In this document: in pieces, positions 41,705 to 50,076 of the stretch
How the letters are laid out: each line of letters starts with the position of its first letter
How positions within the stretch are numbered: the first letter of the stretch is position 1
Source: a virus
Length of the DNA: 64,000 nucleotides
Strand: one strand, 5' to 3'
Virus record (IMG/VR): IMGVR_UViG_3300045988_113306
Position numbers and translations under genes: made by a program
Notes under the pieces: model-generated
Databases searched by the model: none
The model's input: the letters and a program-made list of their open reading frames with translations, nothing else
Told to the model about the DNA's origin: nothing

Positions 41705-41855
41705 CAATGCAAACAACCAATAGGGCACGGTTGAACATAGCATAGTCGAAAACATACGATAGTCCGTTTCGCCTACTTGATTGTAGGAGATTCCGATAAA
41801 GCGATACCAGCTCGTGCCCTACATTGGAGTTGGTATTGCTTTTTTTATTTCTTGC

Positions 41856-42701
41856 ATGGCGACGAAACTCAACATACCAATATCGGAACTCTCAACCCGA
41901 AAGGATAAAGACCAAAAATCGGATTGGGAGCTGTTGTGTTTCAATGTCGGTGTGAAAATACTCAGCGGGGCTGGGAAATTCAGGGCCACCGCACAAGACA
42001 TCCAAAAGGCTTTTCATTGCAACTACTACAAGGCGAAGCGATTGGCCGAGGATGCGAAATCCAACAAAAAACTATTCAGATACGACGAGAAACGTAATGT
42101 GCTTACCGCAAAGCGATTTGAGCACAGGACTGAATGCAATCGCCGTAACGAAGAAATAGAAGCAACCTATTGCGTGAAGATAAAAGTCAAGAGGGATTTG
42201 CCAGTGTTTTCACTGCAAGCGATTTCTGACTTGTTACGCCAACGGTTAATGCAAAATGCGTTCAATGCCACCTATCGGACGAATAAGTTTCCTTTGCGGG
42301 CATCTGTTGAAAAAGATTCCTATTGTTCACGAAAGACAGAGCTGACATTGAACAAACTTGCTAACATCGTGGGGCGCAGCCGTCGTCAAACAATACGGAT
42401 GATGAAGCGAATGGAGAATGACAATGTTATCAAGGTGGAACGACACCCTATGAAACTTGTCCTCGCTTGCGTTAATGACGAAACCGTCAAGGAAATCAAA
42501 CGGGTTAAGCACATAAGGCCGTTTTTCATCAACGGGATGGGTTACAGTCGTAGCGCAAACGTTTACTTCCTGAATGATGCTGAGATTGAGCAATCGTTCT
42601 GTCACATCATTTACTCCCACACCAAGAGAGTCAAGTCAAAACAATCATCGTCAAAGGAACAAGGATTCTATGATAGAGAGATTAATCAGATGTTTAATTG
42701 A
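41856..42701 (+). CDS. hypothetical protein with wHTH-like segment, 281 aa
   Basis: Track ORF 41814..42701 shortened to ATG 41856; LANIVGRSRRQTIRMMKRMENDNVIKVE resembles a winged-helix recognition region. Confidence 0.35.
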   Translation: MATKLNIPISELSTRKDKDQKSDWELLCFNVGVKILSGAGKFRATAQDIQKAFHCNYYKAKRLAEDAKSNKKLFRYDEKRNVLTAKRFEHRTECNRRNEEIEATYCVKIKVKRDLPVFSLQAISDLLRQRLMQNAFNATYRTNKFPLRASVEKDSYCSRKTELTLNKLANIVGRSRRQTIRMMKRMENDNVIKVERHPMKLVLACVNDETVKEIKRVKHIRPFFINGMGYSRSANVYFLNDAEIEQSFCHIIYSHTKRVKSKQSSSKEQGFYDREINQMFN

Positions 42702-42803
42702 TGTTTTTGTTTTGTCACCAATGTATGATAATACATTATTTAGGGGCATCTGCCTTGATGTGGCCTTTAAGAAAGAAAATTAACAAGTTAATTTCCAAAA
42801 GAA

Positions 42804-43220
42804 ATGAAACCGAATCGAAAACGCAAGACAAGCAGGATTGACCGAGATTCAATCTATGAGGAGTTTTGTCAAGAAATGGACTTATTCTCGGACACCCAAC
42901 CTTATCCCGACTGGGTGTTTGACTATCGGGATGAACATTTGAGCAAAATGTCAAGTAAACTTATAAAAATCTGTCGAAAGTTCAAGTCGTCAGGCATTGA
43001 ATTCAGGATATTCCAGCCTATGCGAATATTTGATAAGTGGAAGTTTGCCGACATTTACGTTCCCAGCAAGAACACGGTCATAATAGTCACCACTTATCCA
43101 CATCCCGTTGGATGGCTTACTGAAAGGGCAAGATTCTTTAAAGACCGATGCAATGTATATGAGCTTGACGGTGATGAAACGACAGATTATTTATCAGAGT
43201 TGATTGATAAGCTAAAATAG
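42804..43220 (+). CDS. hypothetical protein, 138 aa
   Basis: Track ORF; the FADIYVP..NTVIIV segment faintly recalls PD-(D/E)xK proteins but this is unsupported. Confidence 0.45.
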   Translation: MKPNRKRKTSRIDRDSIYEEFCQEMDLFSDTQPYPDWVFDYRDEHLSKMSSKLIKICRKFKSSGIEFRIFQPMRIFDKWKFADIYVPSKNTVIIVTTYPHPVGWLTERARFFKDRCNVYELDGDETTDYLSELIDKLK

Positions 43221-43226
43221 AGATAA

Positions 43227-43265
43227 GGAGGTAATTCCTCCCACCAACCAAAATCCCCCTTTGAT
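43227..43265 (+). promoter_or_regulatory. intergenic cassette 20 (outlier)
   Basis: GGAGG-TAATT-CCTCC; CACCAACCAAAAT, 19 nt before ATG 43266. Confidence 0.5.
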
Positions 43266-43448
43266 ATGAAAAAGAAAATCAATTCAAAACACATCTTTGA
43301 CAATCTGAATGATGCGTTCAAGTTCACCAATACCATTGAATCAGCAGGATTCAAGTGCGATGAATACACAGATGACGGCGGAGTTGTGTTCGTCAACGCC
43401 GACGGCTACACATTGTATGTCGCCGTTCAACAGAAAATACGTTATTAA
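43266..43448 (+). CDS. small hypothetical protein, 60 aa
   Basis: Track ORF. Confidence 0.5.
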   Translation: MKKKINSKHIFDNLNDAFKFTNTIESAGFKCDEYTDDGGVVFVNADGYTLYVAVQQKIRY

Positions 43449-43474
43449 CTACCACACAAAATCACTACATTATT

Positions 43475-43723
43475 ATGAAAGAAATTGAAGAGTATTGGAA
43501 GCTCAAAGAGCAGATACACCAAAAGAAAGTAGCCGCCATGTATCAAATCCAAAGGAAGATGAATCTTTACGGATTTGATACACTACCTTATGAGATAAAT
43601 ACGGCGATTTACCCCGAATTAAATAGAGAGAAAATGGTGATTACGGTATTTTTTTCCAAAGATGAAAAGAAGCTTGATAAATTGGCCGAAAAAATATTCA
43701 AGAGTTTGACGGACAAACAATAA
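43475..43723 (+). CDS. small hypothetical protein, 82 aa
   Basis: Track ORF. Confidence 0.5.
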   Translation: MKEIEEYWKLKEQIHQKKVAAMYQIQRKMNLYGFDTLPYEINTAIYPELNREKMVITVFFSKDEKKLDKLAEKIFKSLTDKQ

Positions 43724-43737
43724 TAAACCACTACAAC

Positions 43738-44013
43738 ATGGGCAAGGAAGTAACCCCCGACGATTCAAGCGACCTCAAAAGCAGCATGGATGTATTGAAG
43801 CAGCTGGAAGCCAAACGCAACACAAAGATAAGGCAAGCCGTCAGCGCATTGGCAAAGGCCATATACGGAGTCCACTTGGACGGCATGGATGTTTCCATCA
43901 AACACAATCGCAAAGGATTCACGGTGGAGATAGCGACCGACCTTGACAGCGGCATAGAACGCCTCAGGGAAAATTTGAAAGTATTGATGTTTAACTATTT
44001 TGACAATAAATAA
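43738..44013 (+). CDS. small hypothetical protein, 91 aa
   Basis: Track ORF. Confidence 0.5.
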   Translation: MGKEVTPDDSSDLKSSMDVLKQLEAKRNTKIRQAVSALAKAIYGVHLDGMDVSIKHNRKGFTVEIATDLDSGIERLRENLKVLMFNYFDNK

Positions 44014-44017
44014 AACA

Positions 44018-44809
44018 ATGGCAACGTATGCGTATCTAAGGTATTCAACAAATTTGCAAGACGAGGCACAACAGTTGAATACGATAACAAACTACCTCAA
44101 GCAAAAAGGCATGACACTCGATAGAACTTATATGGATGAGGGCATATCGGGCGGTATAAGCTATACAAAACGTAATCTCTATGACTTATGCAAGGCTATC
44201 AAGCAAGGCGATACCGTGGTCGTGAGCGAAGTTAGCCGATTGACACGTTCAGGAATATCGGAGCTTTCGGAAATCATAGAGAAGCATTTCAAGACCAATA
44301 AACTTAGGCTTATTATATGTAATGTGGGCCTTGACATTGACTGCTCTGACATAAATCCCATGACGGAGCTACAGCTTGCAATGCTTGCCACTTTTGCCAA
44401 AATAGAGCGTAATTTGATTAAAGAGCGCACCAAATCTGCTCTTGATGTGCGTAAGCAAAAACTCGCCAACGGTGAAACTCTAATCAGCAAGGCTGGAAGA
44501 GCATACACCAAGTTAGGCCGACAGGACGACAATGCAGGCACCGCGTGGGACAAGGCATTGAACAACTCCATCGAAACCAATAAGAAAAAAGCGCAGGACA
44601 ACGAGAACAACATACGCTTCGCCCGATGGCTCGGCGTGTGGGAATCCAAGAACGGCGTCGTTGACCGACATACCGACCTCGCCCCAATTCTCGCCGAGGT
44701 CAGCGCTTTGGGCCTAAAGACATCATCCGGCATGGAGTTCAAAAAAGAATCCCTAAGACAGATGATATATCGAACCCACGAAAGAAAATTGCAAACAATC
44801 AACGCATAA
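44018..44809 (+). CDS. serine recombinase (resolvase/invertase catalytic domain), 263 aa
   Basis: MATYAYLRYSTNLQDEAQQ (catalytic Ser context), GISGG, VVSEVSRLTRS, ERNLIKERTKSAL; ATG at 44018. Confidence 0.7.
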   Translation: MATYAYLRYSTNLQDEAQQLNTITNYLKQKGMTLDRTYMDEGISGGISYTKRNLYDLCKAIKQGDTVVVSEVSRLTRSGISELSEIIEKHFKTNKLRLIICNVGLDIDCSDINPMTELQLAMLATFAKIERNLIKERTKSALDVRKQKLANGETLISKAGRAYTKLGRQDDNAGTAWDKALNNSIETNKKKAQDNENNIRFARWLGVWESKNGVVDRHTDLAPILAEVSALGLKTSSGMEFKKESLRQMIYRTHERKLQTINA

Positions 44810-44811
44810 TG

Positions 44812-44843
44812 CTTGCATATATGAATACTATTCGCTAACTTTG
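44812..44843 (+). promoter_or_regulatory. candidate promoter (CTTG-N20-TAACTTTG)
   Basis: -7 box 44836-44843, 35 nt upstream of ATG 44878. Confidence 0.45.
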
Positions 44844-44877
44844 CAACATAATCATTAACCATTAATAACCACTACAA

Positions 44878-45196
44878 ATGGAAACAACAACCACTACTAC
44901 CAAGGTCTGCTCCAAGTGCGGACAGGAACTTCCCTTAACCAGCTTCTACACCAAAAAAGGAACTAAGGACGGCTTGCAATATTGGTGCAAGGAATGTCAG
45001 GGTAAGATGTCTAAGAAGTATTACAAGGCCAAAACTATCACCCCCCCCCCATTCTGAGTTGTCGAATCCCGAACTCGCAAGCCTACAGCCACGTGAAATC
45101 ATTGCACAAATTAAGACTTTAATAAAGGAGCTTCGCGCCCGTGGATATACCTACGAGGAAGGCAAGCTGTCATATACTCAAACAATCAAACTTTAA
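44878..45196 (+). pseudogene. zinc-ribbon ORF interrupted at a C10 tract
   Basis: METTTTTTKVCSKCGQELPL...YWCKECQGKMSKKYYKAKTITPPPF*; with C9 it would continue ..HSELSNPELASLQPREIIAQIKTLIKELRARGYTYEEGKL.. to 45196. Confidence 0.55.
45041..45050. repeat. C10 homopolymer tract
   Basis: Counted directly. Confidence 0.95.
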
Positions 45197-45200
45197 TGAA

Positions 45201-45452
45201 ATGAAAGAGGAATTAATCGTCACCAAAATGTCACGCCTCATCGCCGATGAGATAAAGGCCCAAATGGAAGCCCAAGGCATCACCGCCACCAAGCTTGAAC
45301 GTATGCTGGAGGATAAGTGTAATAAATACACCATTCGTAGAATCCGCAAGGGTTCGTCCGGCTGCATACTGCGCTCATACGAACAAGTGCTTGATGCTTT
45401 GGGCCTGCGCATAGGAATCATACACAATTCACATAAGGACATCATAGACTAA
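45201..45452 (+). CDS. possible XRE-type HTH regulator, 83 aa
   Basis: Track ORF 45141..45452 shortened to ATG 45201; QGITATKLERMLEDKCNKYTIRRIRKG resembles an HTH_XRE core. Confidence 0.4.
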   Translation: MKEELIVTKMSRLIADEIKAQMEAQGITATKLERMLEDKCNKYTIRRIRKGSSGCILRSYEQVLDALGLRIGIIHNSHKDIID

Positions 45453-45752
45453 ATGGCCATGCTGACCAACGAACAAATCACCGCCCTCGCCCGCGAGTTT
45501 GCGGAGGAAATGTGCGCCCACATGGAGGACGACTTCATTAAAGACGAAGCCATTAGAGATAACGAGTTGACCTTTAAGATGGCAGTCAATCACCTCTCAC
45601 AACGCTACTGCCTCGTCGAGAAAAGCAAAGCCACTGAACTATGCCGTCTGGCTTTGGAACACAGCGACAGCGTAGACTACGGACTGATAGACGGTCTTAG
45701 CGATATTGTGTGGGAACTCTTTCCCGACATAGCAAAGGAGGTGGAGGGATGA
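45453..45752 (+). CDS. hypothetical protein, 99 aa
   Basis: Track ORF. Confidence 0.5.
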   Translation: MAMLTNEQITALAREFAEEMCAHMEDDFIKDEAIRDNELTFKMAVNHLSQRYCLVEKSKATELCRLALEHSDSVDYGLIDGLSDIVWELFPDIAKEVEG

Positions 45753-46167
45753 TTATGCAGAATGAGATTGAAAAGGCGGCAGACGAATATGTCTATGAGC
45801 GTCTTAAAATAAGACATTATGCCAAAAGAGAAGAAGATGCCACTATGCGCGACTTCGATAAGACAGTGAAAGCATGGGATTCCTACGACATGATGCAAGC
45901 CTTTGAATCTGGAACTAATCTCTTCCTCGGCAAACAGAAGGACGCCGATACCGTGATTCAAGGATGGGTGGCACGAGACCAAGACGGCTATATCTCCCTA
46001 TTCAAAGACAAACCCACAAGGGACACGTGCGACAAAGACGATATTCTCTATGGCTTTTGGGATGAAGCTAACGGACACCATATCGAATTGCCAACCGACT
46101 CTTCCCCTCCGTGACGTGGGAAGGCGAGCCTAAGAAAGTTAAAATTGAGATAACACCTATTGACTAA
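45749..46167 (+). pseudogene. hypothetical ORF apparently frameshifted at a C4 run
   Basis: Frame A stops at 46114 (..ELPTDSSPP*); the other frame reads FPSVTWEGEPKKVKIEITPID* and its TAA overlaps the next ATG (TAATG); one extra C at 46104-46107 joins them. Confidence 0.45.
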
Positions 46168-46334
46168 TGAAAAGGATAAAAATAGCATTTGACTGCATTG
46201 TTACAGACAAAACCGCTCAGGAGCTAATGGATGCCCCTGAGATATGCGTCCAAGATAATATCATGGACGCATTGGAGATAAATGATACCTGTGAATGTGC
46301 TTTGGATTTAAGGATTGAGGAGATTTGGGAATGA
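46167..46334 (+). CDS. small hypothetical protein, 55 aa
   Basis: Own translation MKRIKIAFDCIVTDKTAQELMDAPEICVQDNIMDALEINDTCECALDLRIEEIWE. Confidence 0.45.
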   Translation: MKRIKIAFDCIVTDKTAQELMDAPEICVQDNIMDALEINDTCECALDLRIEEIWE

Positions 46335-46510
46335 AATTGTATAAATTCTTAAAATACTTCGACCTGTGCCTCATGGGTATGTGCGGTGGGTTAACGTTGG
46401 TGACCGTTATTAAACAAAATTACGGGTACGCTCTTTGGTTCACCGTCTTATGTGCGGCCTACTATTGGTGTTATAATATAAGTTCAAAACAATTAAAAAA
46501 AGATAAATGA
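46331..46510 (+). CDS. small membrane protein, 59 aa
   Basis: ATGA overlap with previous stop; two hydrophobic helices. Confidence 0.5.
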   Translation: MKLYKFLKYFDLCLMGMCGGLTLVTVIKQNYGYALWFTVLCAAYYWCYNISSKQLKKDK

Positions 46511-46776
46511 ATATCTTCATGTTAATAATCATTGTCGTTGTAATCTTTATAGCTTTATTAGGTATTATACTTGCGGTGCGTAATTATAGAGTATATTGTT
46601 TCCGCTGTGAGATTATAGGTATGAGGCATTATTGTAGCGACCCTTATAAAAGTAGACGAATATATTTAAAGTATAGCTACGAAGATATGCTATATTCATT
46701 CAAGCCACTCAAACTTGAATCGTGGTTTACTGAAGAAGAAATTAAAATACTTAAAGGAAATGAGAATTTACGTTAG
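46507..46776 (+). CDS. small protein with N-terminal TM helix, 89 aa
   Basis: Track ORF; MNIFMLIIIVVVIFIALLGIILAV. Confidence 0.5.
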   Translation: MNIFMLIIIVVVIFIALLGIILAVRNYRVYCFRCEIIGMRHYCSDPYKSRRIYLKYSYEDMLYSFKPLKLESWFTEEEIKILKGNENLR

Positions 46777-47116
46777 TATTCCCATATCGGGCCACGACCT
46801 CGCCACACAACGCGCCAAAGCCGCCGAGGTAGCTGGGATGATAAAATCCCTCGGCCATGAACCGGTCAACCCGTTCGACACGCCGGAAGCACCGCCCGAA
46901 ATGAGCGATAAAGAAAAATACGCCTACTACATGGGATGTGATATAGAGCGGTTGCTCCTGTGCGACGCCATATTCATGTGCGAGGGCTGGAAGGACAGCA
47001 AAGGGTGTCGCACGGAGTTGGCGGTCGCCGAGCGAAACCTCATACAGGTGTTCGACTCTTTCGGCACCCTCAAATTAATCAACGGATTCTTTGCTTTTAC
47101 GCAAAAAAATAACTAA
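46760..47116 (+). CDS. DUF4406 / nucleoside 2-deoxyribosyltransferase-like protein
   Basis: MRIYVSIPISGHD...EPVNPFD...LLLCDAIFMCEGWKDSKGCRTELAVAE matches the DUF4406 pattern as I remember it; ATG at 46760. Confidence 0.55.
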   Translation: MRIYVSIPISGHDLATQRAKAAEVAGMIKSLGHEPVNPFDTPEAPPEMSDKEKYAYYMGCDIERLLLCDAIFMCEGWKDSKGCRTELAVAERNLIQVFDSFGTLKLINGFFAFTQKNN

Positions 47117-47154
47117 CTTTACAAAGCCGACCACTACCGGCATTAACGACTAAA

Positions 47155-47190
47155 AGTCCGTGTATCGTAGTGGGTATGCGGACTGTTTTT
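47155..47190 (+). terminator. intrinsic terminator
   Basis: AGTCCG/CGGACT stem followed by GTTTTT. Confidence 0.55.
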
Positions 47191-47197
47191 ATACATC

Positions 47198-47485
47198 ATG
47201 CTAAACAAAAAAGTAATTATTCGTGGTGACCGTTCTGGCGTGTTCTTTGGCACCCTTGCCGAAAAGAATGGTCAAGAAGTCAAATTAACCAATTGTCGCC
47301 GACTGTGGTATTGGAGCGGCGCTGCATCACTCTCGCAGCTTGCCGTGGACGGTGTTGCTAATCCTGACGGATGTAAGTTTACAGTGTCGGTTGACGAGAT
47401 TGTCATTCTTGACGCAATCGAAATCATTCCCTGCACCGTTAAGGCCGTAAAATCAATAACGTCAACACGCGAATGGAGAATTTAG
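47198..47485 (+). CDS. hypothetical protein, 95 aa
   Basis: Track ORF. Confidence 0.5.
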   Translation: MLNKKVIIRGDRSGVFFGTLAEKNGQEVKLTNCRRLWYWSGAASLSQLAVDGVANPDGCKFTVSVDEIVILDAIEIIPCTVKAVKSITSTREWRI

Positions 47486-48183
47486 AAAACAAGATAAGGA
47501 ACTTCTTATCTATAGGCTCCGGCTCCGGCTCCGGCGACGGCTCCGGCTCCGGCGACGGCGACGGCGACGGCGACGGCTCCGGCTCCGGCGACGGCTACGG
47601 CTACGGCTACGGCTACGGCTCCGGCGACGGCTACGGCTACGGCGACGGCACCGGCTCCGGCGACGGCTACGGCTCCGGCTACGGCTACGGCTCCGGCGAC
47701 GGCTCCGGCTCCGGCATGTTGAAAGAATGGATGGGGCAACATGTCTATTCGATAGATGGTGTTGCGACATTGATTGATTCAGTCCACGGCAACTATGCTA
47801 AAGGTCGCATATTAAAAAAAGACCTCACTACTGAATCGTGTTTCATCGCTAAGGTTGAGGGCAGATACTTCGCCCACGGCGAAACATTGCGTGAGGCGAT
47901 GGCTGATGCGATGAACAAGGCGTTTGAAGATTTGCCTGAAGGCGAGCGTATAGATAAGTTTGTGGCAGAATATCCCGATAAGAATATAGTCGCCAAGAAT
48001 ACGGATTTATTCGCTTGGCACAACCGATTGACAGGTTCGTGCGAGATGGGACGCCGTGCATTCGCTAAAGAACACGACATTGATGTTGAGAACGGTTTAA
48101 TGACCGTTGAAGAATTCATAAAGCTAACCATTGATTCTTATGGCGGCGAAACTATTGTGAAACTAAAAGAAAGATATGAGTAG
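47473..48183 (+). CDS. protein with N-terminal (Gly-X) repeat and globular C-terminal domain, 236 aa
   Basis: Track ORF; 67 residues of strict G-S/D/Y/T alternation, then an ordinary-looking 155-aa domain. Confidence 0.6.
   Translation: MENLENKIRNFLSIGSGSGSGDGSGSGDGDGDGDGSGSGDGYGYGYGYGSGDGYGYGDGTGSGDGYGSGYGYGSGDGSGSGMLKEWMGQHVYSIDGVATLIDSVHGNYAKGRILKKDLTTESCFIAKVEGRYFAHGETLREAMADAMNKAFEDLPEGERIDKFVAEYPDKNIVAKNTDLFAWHNRLTGSCEMGRRAFAKEHDIDVENGLMTVEEFIKLTIDSYGGETIVKLKERYE
47515..47715 (+). repeat. 201-nt hexanucleotide repeat GGC-(TCC/GAC/TAC/ACC)
   Basis: Every Gly codon is GGC and every X codon ends in C; read directly. Confidence 0.95.
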
Positions 48184-48184
48184 A

Positions 48185-48216
48185 TTTGCATATTGTCTGA
48201 CTTTTCGTTATCTTTG
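48185..48216 (+). promoter_or_regulatory. Bacteroidota-type promoter (TTTG-N20-TATCTTTG)
   Basis: -33 box 48185-48188, -7 box 48209-48216. Confidence 0.55.
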
Positions 48217-48324
48217 CTTATAAATTCTAAGCCGACTGTCAGCGGCAATTCAAAAATTATTAGGATAATCCCTATCATTGCGACTGACAGCGCATGGTAG
48301 GGGTTGTCTGTTTTTATTGCAAGA

Positions 48325-48978
48325 ATGACAAGAGAAGAACGAAAGTGTTTCCTTCAATCACTTAACAACAAGCGTCGTGGCCAACCAAATATGAGCCAAC
48401 GTACAGGCGTTTGCGAGTGGGGAATAACCGATGTCAATATCCCCGTGTATTCAAATTCAAACAGCGCGAATATCCGTCCATATCGGGTGTGGCGCGGAAT
48501 GATTAATCGGTGTTATGATACTAAAACACAGAAGCGCAATCCAATGTATATTGGATGTGTTATAGATGAAAGATGGCGACATTTCTCTTCGTTCTTCGAG
48601 TGGTATAATCAAAACTATCAGGATGTATACGATTTAGATAAAGATATACTCATTAAAGGCAATAAAGTATATGGTCCCGATACTTGCTGCTTTGTGCCTC
48701 ACCTCATAAATTCTATATTTACCAAATCAAAATCAGCAAGAGGTTTATACCCAATTGGTGTTTGTAGACGCGGTAATAGGTATCAAGCAAGGATGCTAAT
48801 GTATGACAAATCCATAAATTTGGGGAGCTTTAGCACTCCCAGCGAAGCCTTTCAAGCCTACAAAACAGCGAAAGAAGCGTATATCAAGGAGGTCGCAACC
48901 TCTTACTACAACGAGGGCAAGATAACCGAAAAGGTCTATCGCGCTCTTATGAACTACCAAGTAGAAATAACCGATTAA
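48325..48978 (+). CDS. AP2-domain DNA-binding protein, 217 aa
   Basis: GVCRRGNRYQARMLMYDKSINLGSFSTPSEAFQAYKTAKEAY is an AP2-type fold signature; ATG at 48325. Confidence 0.5.
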   Translation: MTREERKCFLQSLNNKRRGQPNMSQRTGVCEWGITDVNIPVYSNSNSANIRPYRVWRGMINRCYDTKTQKRNPMYIGCVIDERWRHFSSFFEWYNQNYQDVYDLDKDILIKGNKVYGPDTCCFVPHLINSIFTKSKSARGLYPIGVCRRGNRYQARMLMYDKSINLGSFSTPSEAFQAYKTAKEAYIKEVATSYYNEGKITEKVYRALMNYQVEITD

Positions 48979-48991
48979 TAAATCATAAATT

Positions 48992-49732
48992 ATGGCAGAG
49001 CAAGATTTAGTATTAGCCCAACCCAACAGAGAGGTTGGCCTGAGCGTGTTTAAGGACTTAGAGAGCTTTGAACTCGCAACAAGAATGGCGAAATGCCTGA
49101 ATTCAAGCTCAATCGTCCCAGATACATACCGAGGCCCGCAAAACCTCGGCTCGTGTATGATTGCGCTGGATATGTCCGCAAGACTCGGTCTAAGCCCAAT
49201 CCAAGTGATGCAGTCACTTTACTTAGTGAAGGGAAAGCCCTCATTCTCAGGACAGTTCGTTATTGCCCTCGTTAACGCCAGCGGTTTGTACAAGACCAGA
49301 ATCCAATATGAGGAAGTCGGTAAAGCTGGCACCGACAACTACGGGCTTCGTGCATGGGCTATTGACCATGAAGGAAATAAAATATACGGCCCAGCTGTCA
49401 CTATAAAGATGGCTAAGGATGAGAATTGGTGGTCAACCAATAAGAAATGGCAGAATATGACGGAGCTTATGTTGCGTTATCGAAGTGGCACCCTGTTCCA
49501 GCGTACAAATTGCCCTGAACTCACATTTGGCGTGCCTACCACCGAGGAAGTTGAGGACATGGGCGTTAAAGTCGTTGACATCCCGGCCCACGAGGTTCAG
49601 GAAGTGGACATCGACAAAGTGCCTGAGAGCATCATCAAGGGCGACAACACCATCGAAGTGAAAGCCACATTGACGAGCGAACCGATAAAGGAAGAGCCCA
49701 AGAAACCCCAACCCGAAGAGCAAGACTTTTAA
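48992..49732 (+). CDS. recT: RecT-family single-strand annealing protein
   Basis: IVPDTYRG..NLGSCMIALDMSARLGLSPIQVMQSLYLVKGKPSFSGQFVIALVNASG follows the RecT pattern from memory; acidic C-terminus. Confidence 0.5.
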   Translation: MAEQDLVLAQPNREVGLSVFKDLESFELATRMAKCLNSSSIVPDTYRGPQNLGSCMIALDMSARLGLSPIQVMQSLYLVKGKPSFSGQFVIALVNASGLYKTRIQYEEVGKAGTDNYGLRAWAIDHEGNKIYGPAVTIKMAKDENWWSTNKKWQNMTELMLRYRSGTLFQRTNCPELTFGVPTTEEVEDMGVKVVDIPAHEVQEVDIDKVPESIIKGDNTIEVKATLTSEPIKEEPKKPQPEEQDF

Positions 49733-49734
49733 AT

Positions 49735-50019
49735 ATGGATATGATTCAGGTAAAGGACATGGTAACGCTGCGTCAAGTATCTGCGGAGCTTGTCACACGG
49801 ACAATCGGAGCAATCAGCGGATTTAACAGCCCCGCCGCCTACGACATCAACAATCACCTCGCTATCGCCAAGGCCATAGAGAAGTATATCAAGGGTGACG
49901 CTTCACTCCCCGAGATAGACAATCCTACCGAGCCGTGGAAGGAGATTATGGAGAAGATGCAGAGCAACTTCACGAAGTCCGCAGAGCCCAAGACACCAAA
50001 CTTTGAAGTAAAACAGTAA
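49735..50019 (+). CDS. hypothetical protein, 94 aa
   Basis: Track ORF. Confidence 0.5.
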   Translation: MDMIQVKDMVTLRQVSAELVTRTIGAISGFNSPAAYDINNHLAIAKAIEKYIKGDASLPEIDNPTEPWKEIMEKMQSNFTKSAEPKTPNFEVKQ

Positions 50020-50030
50020 CCAACTTAAAT

Positions 50031-50064
50031 CGGGGCGTGGAAATTGAGTACACGCCCCGTTTAT
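50031..50064 (+). terminator. terminator-like hairpin
   Basis: CGGGGCGTG/CACGCCCCG 9-bp stem followed by TTTATAAG (weak U-tract). Confidence 0.45.
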
Positions 50065-50076
50065 AAGACTTCAGTT

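Noticed and set aside
44179-44862. 227-aa minus-strand ORF
   Set aside because: It is antisense to the serine recombinase gene and is Ser/Leu/Arg-rich with no signals.
43724-44880. Direct repeats TAATAA(A)CCACTACAA flanking the recombinase as att-like or cassette ends
   Set aside because: Both copies sit immediately before start codons and resemble the general ACCA-type start context of this module. This is insufficient to call recombination sites.
47506-47770. Track ORFs 47506..47742 (-) and 47510..47770 (-), Ala/Val-rich and Arg/Ser-rich
   Set aside because: They are antisense read-throughs of the GGC-NNC hexamer repeat and have no start context. They are artefacts of the repeat.
48231-48293. 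Leader hairpin upstream of the AP2-domain gene, as a third attenuator
   Set aside because: Only a 7-bp core (CTGTCAG/CTGACAG) pairs, across a loop of about 37 nt, and the flanks do not extend the stem. It is too weak to report alongside the KilA-N and primase leaders.
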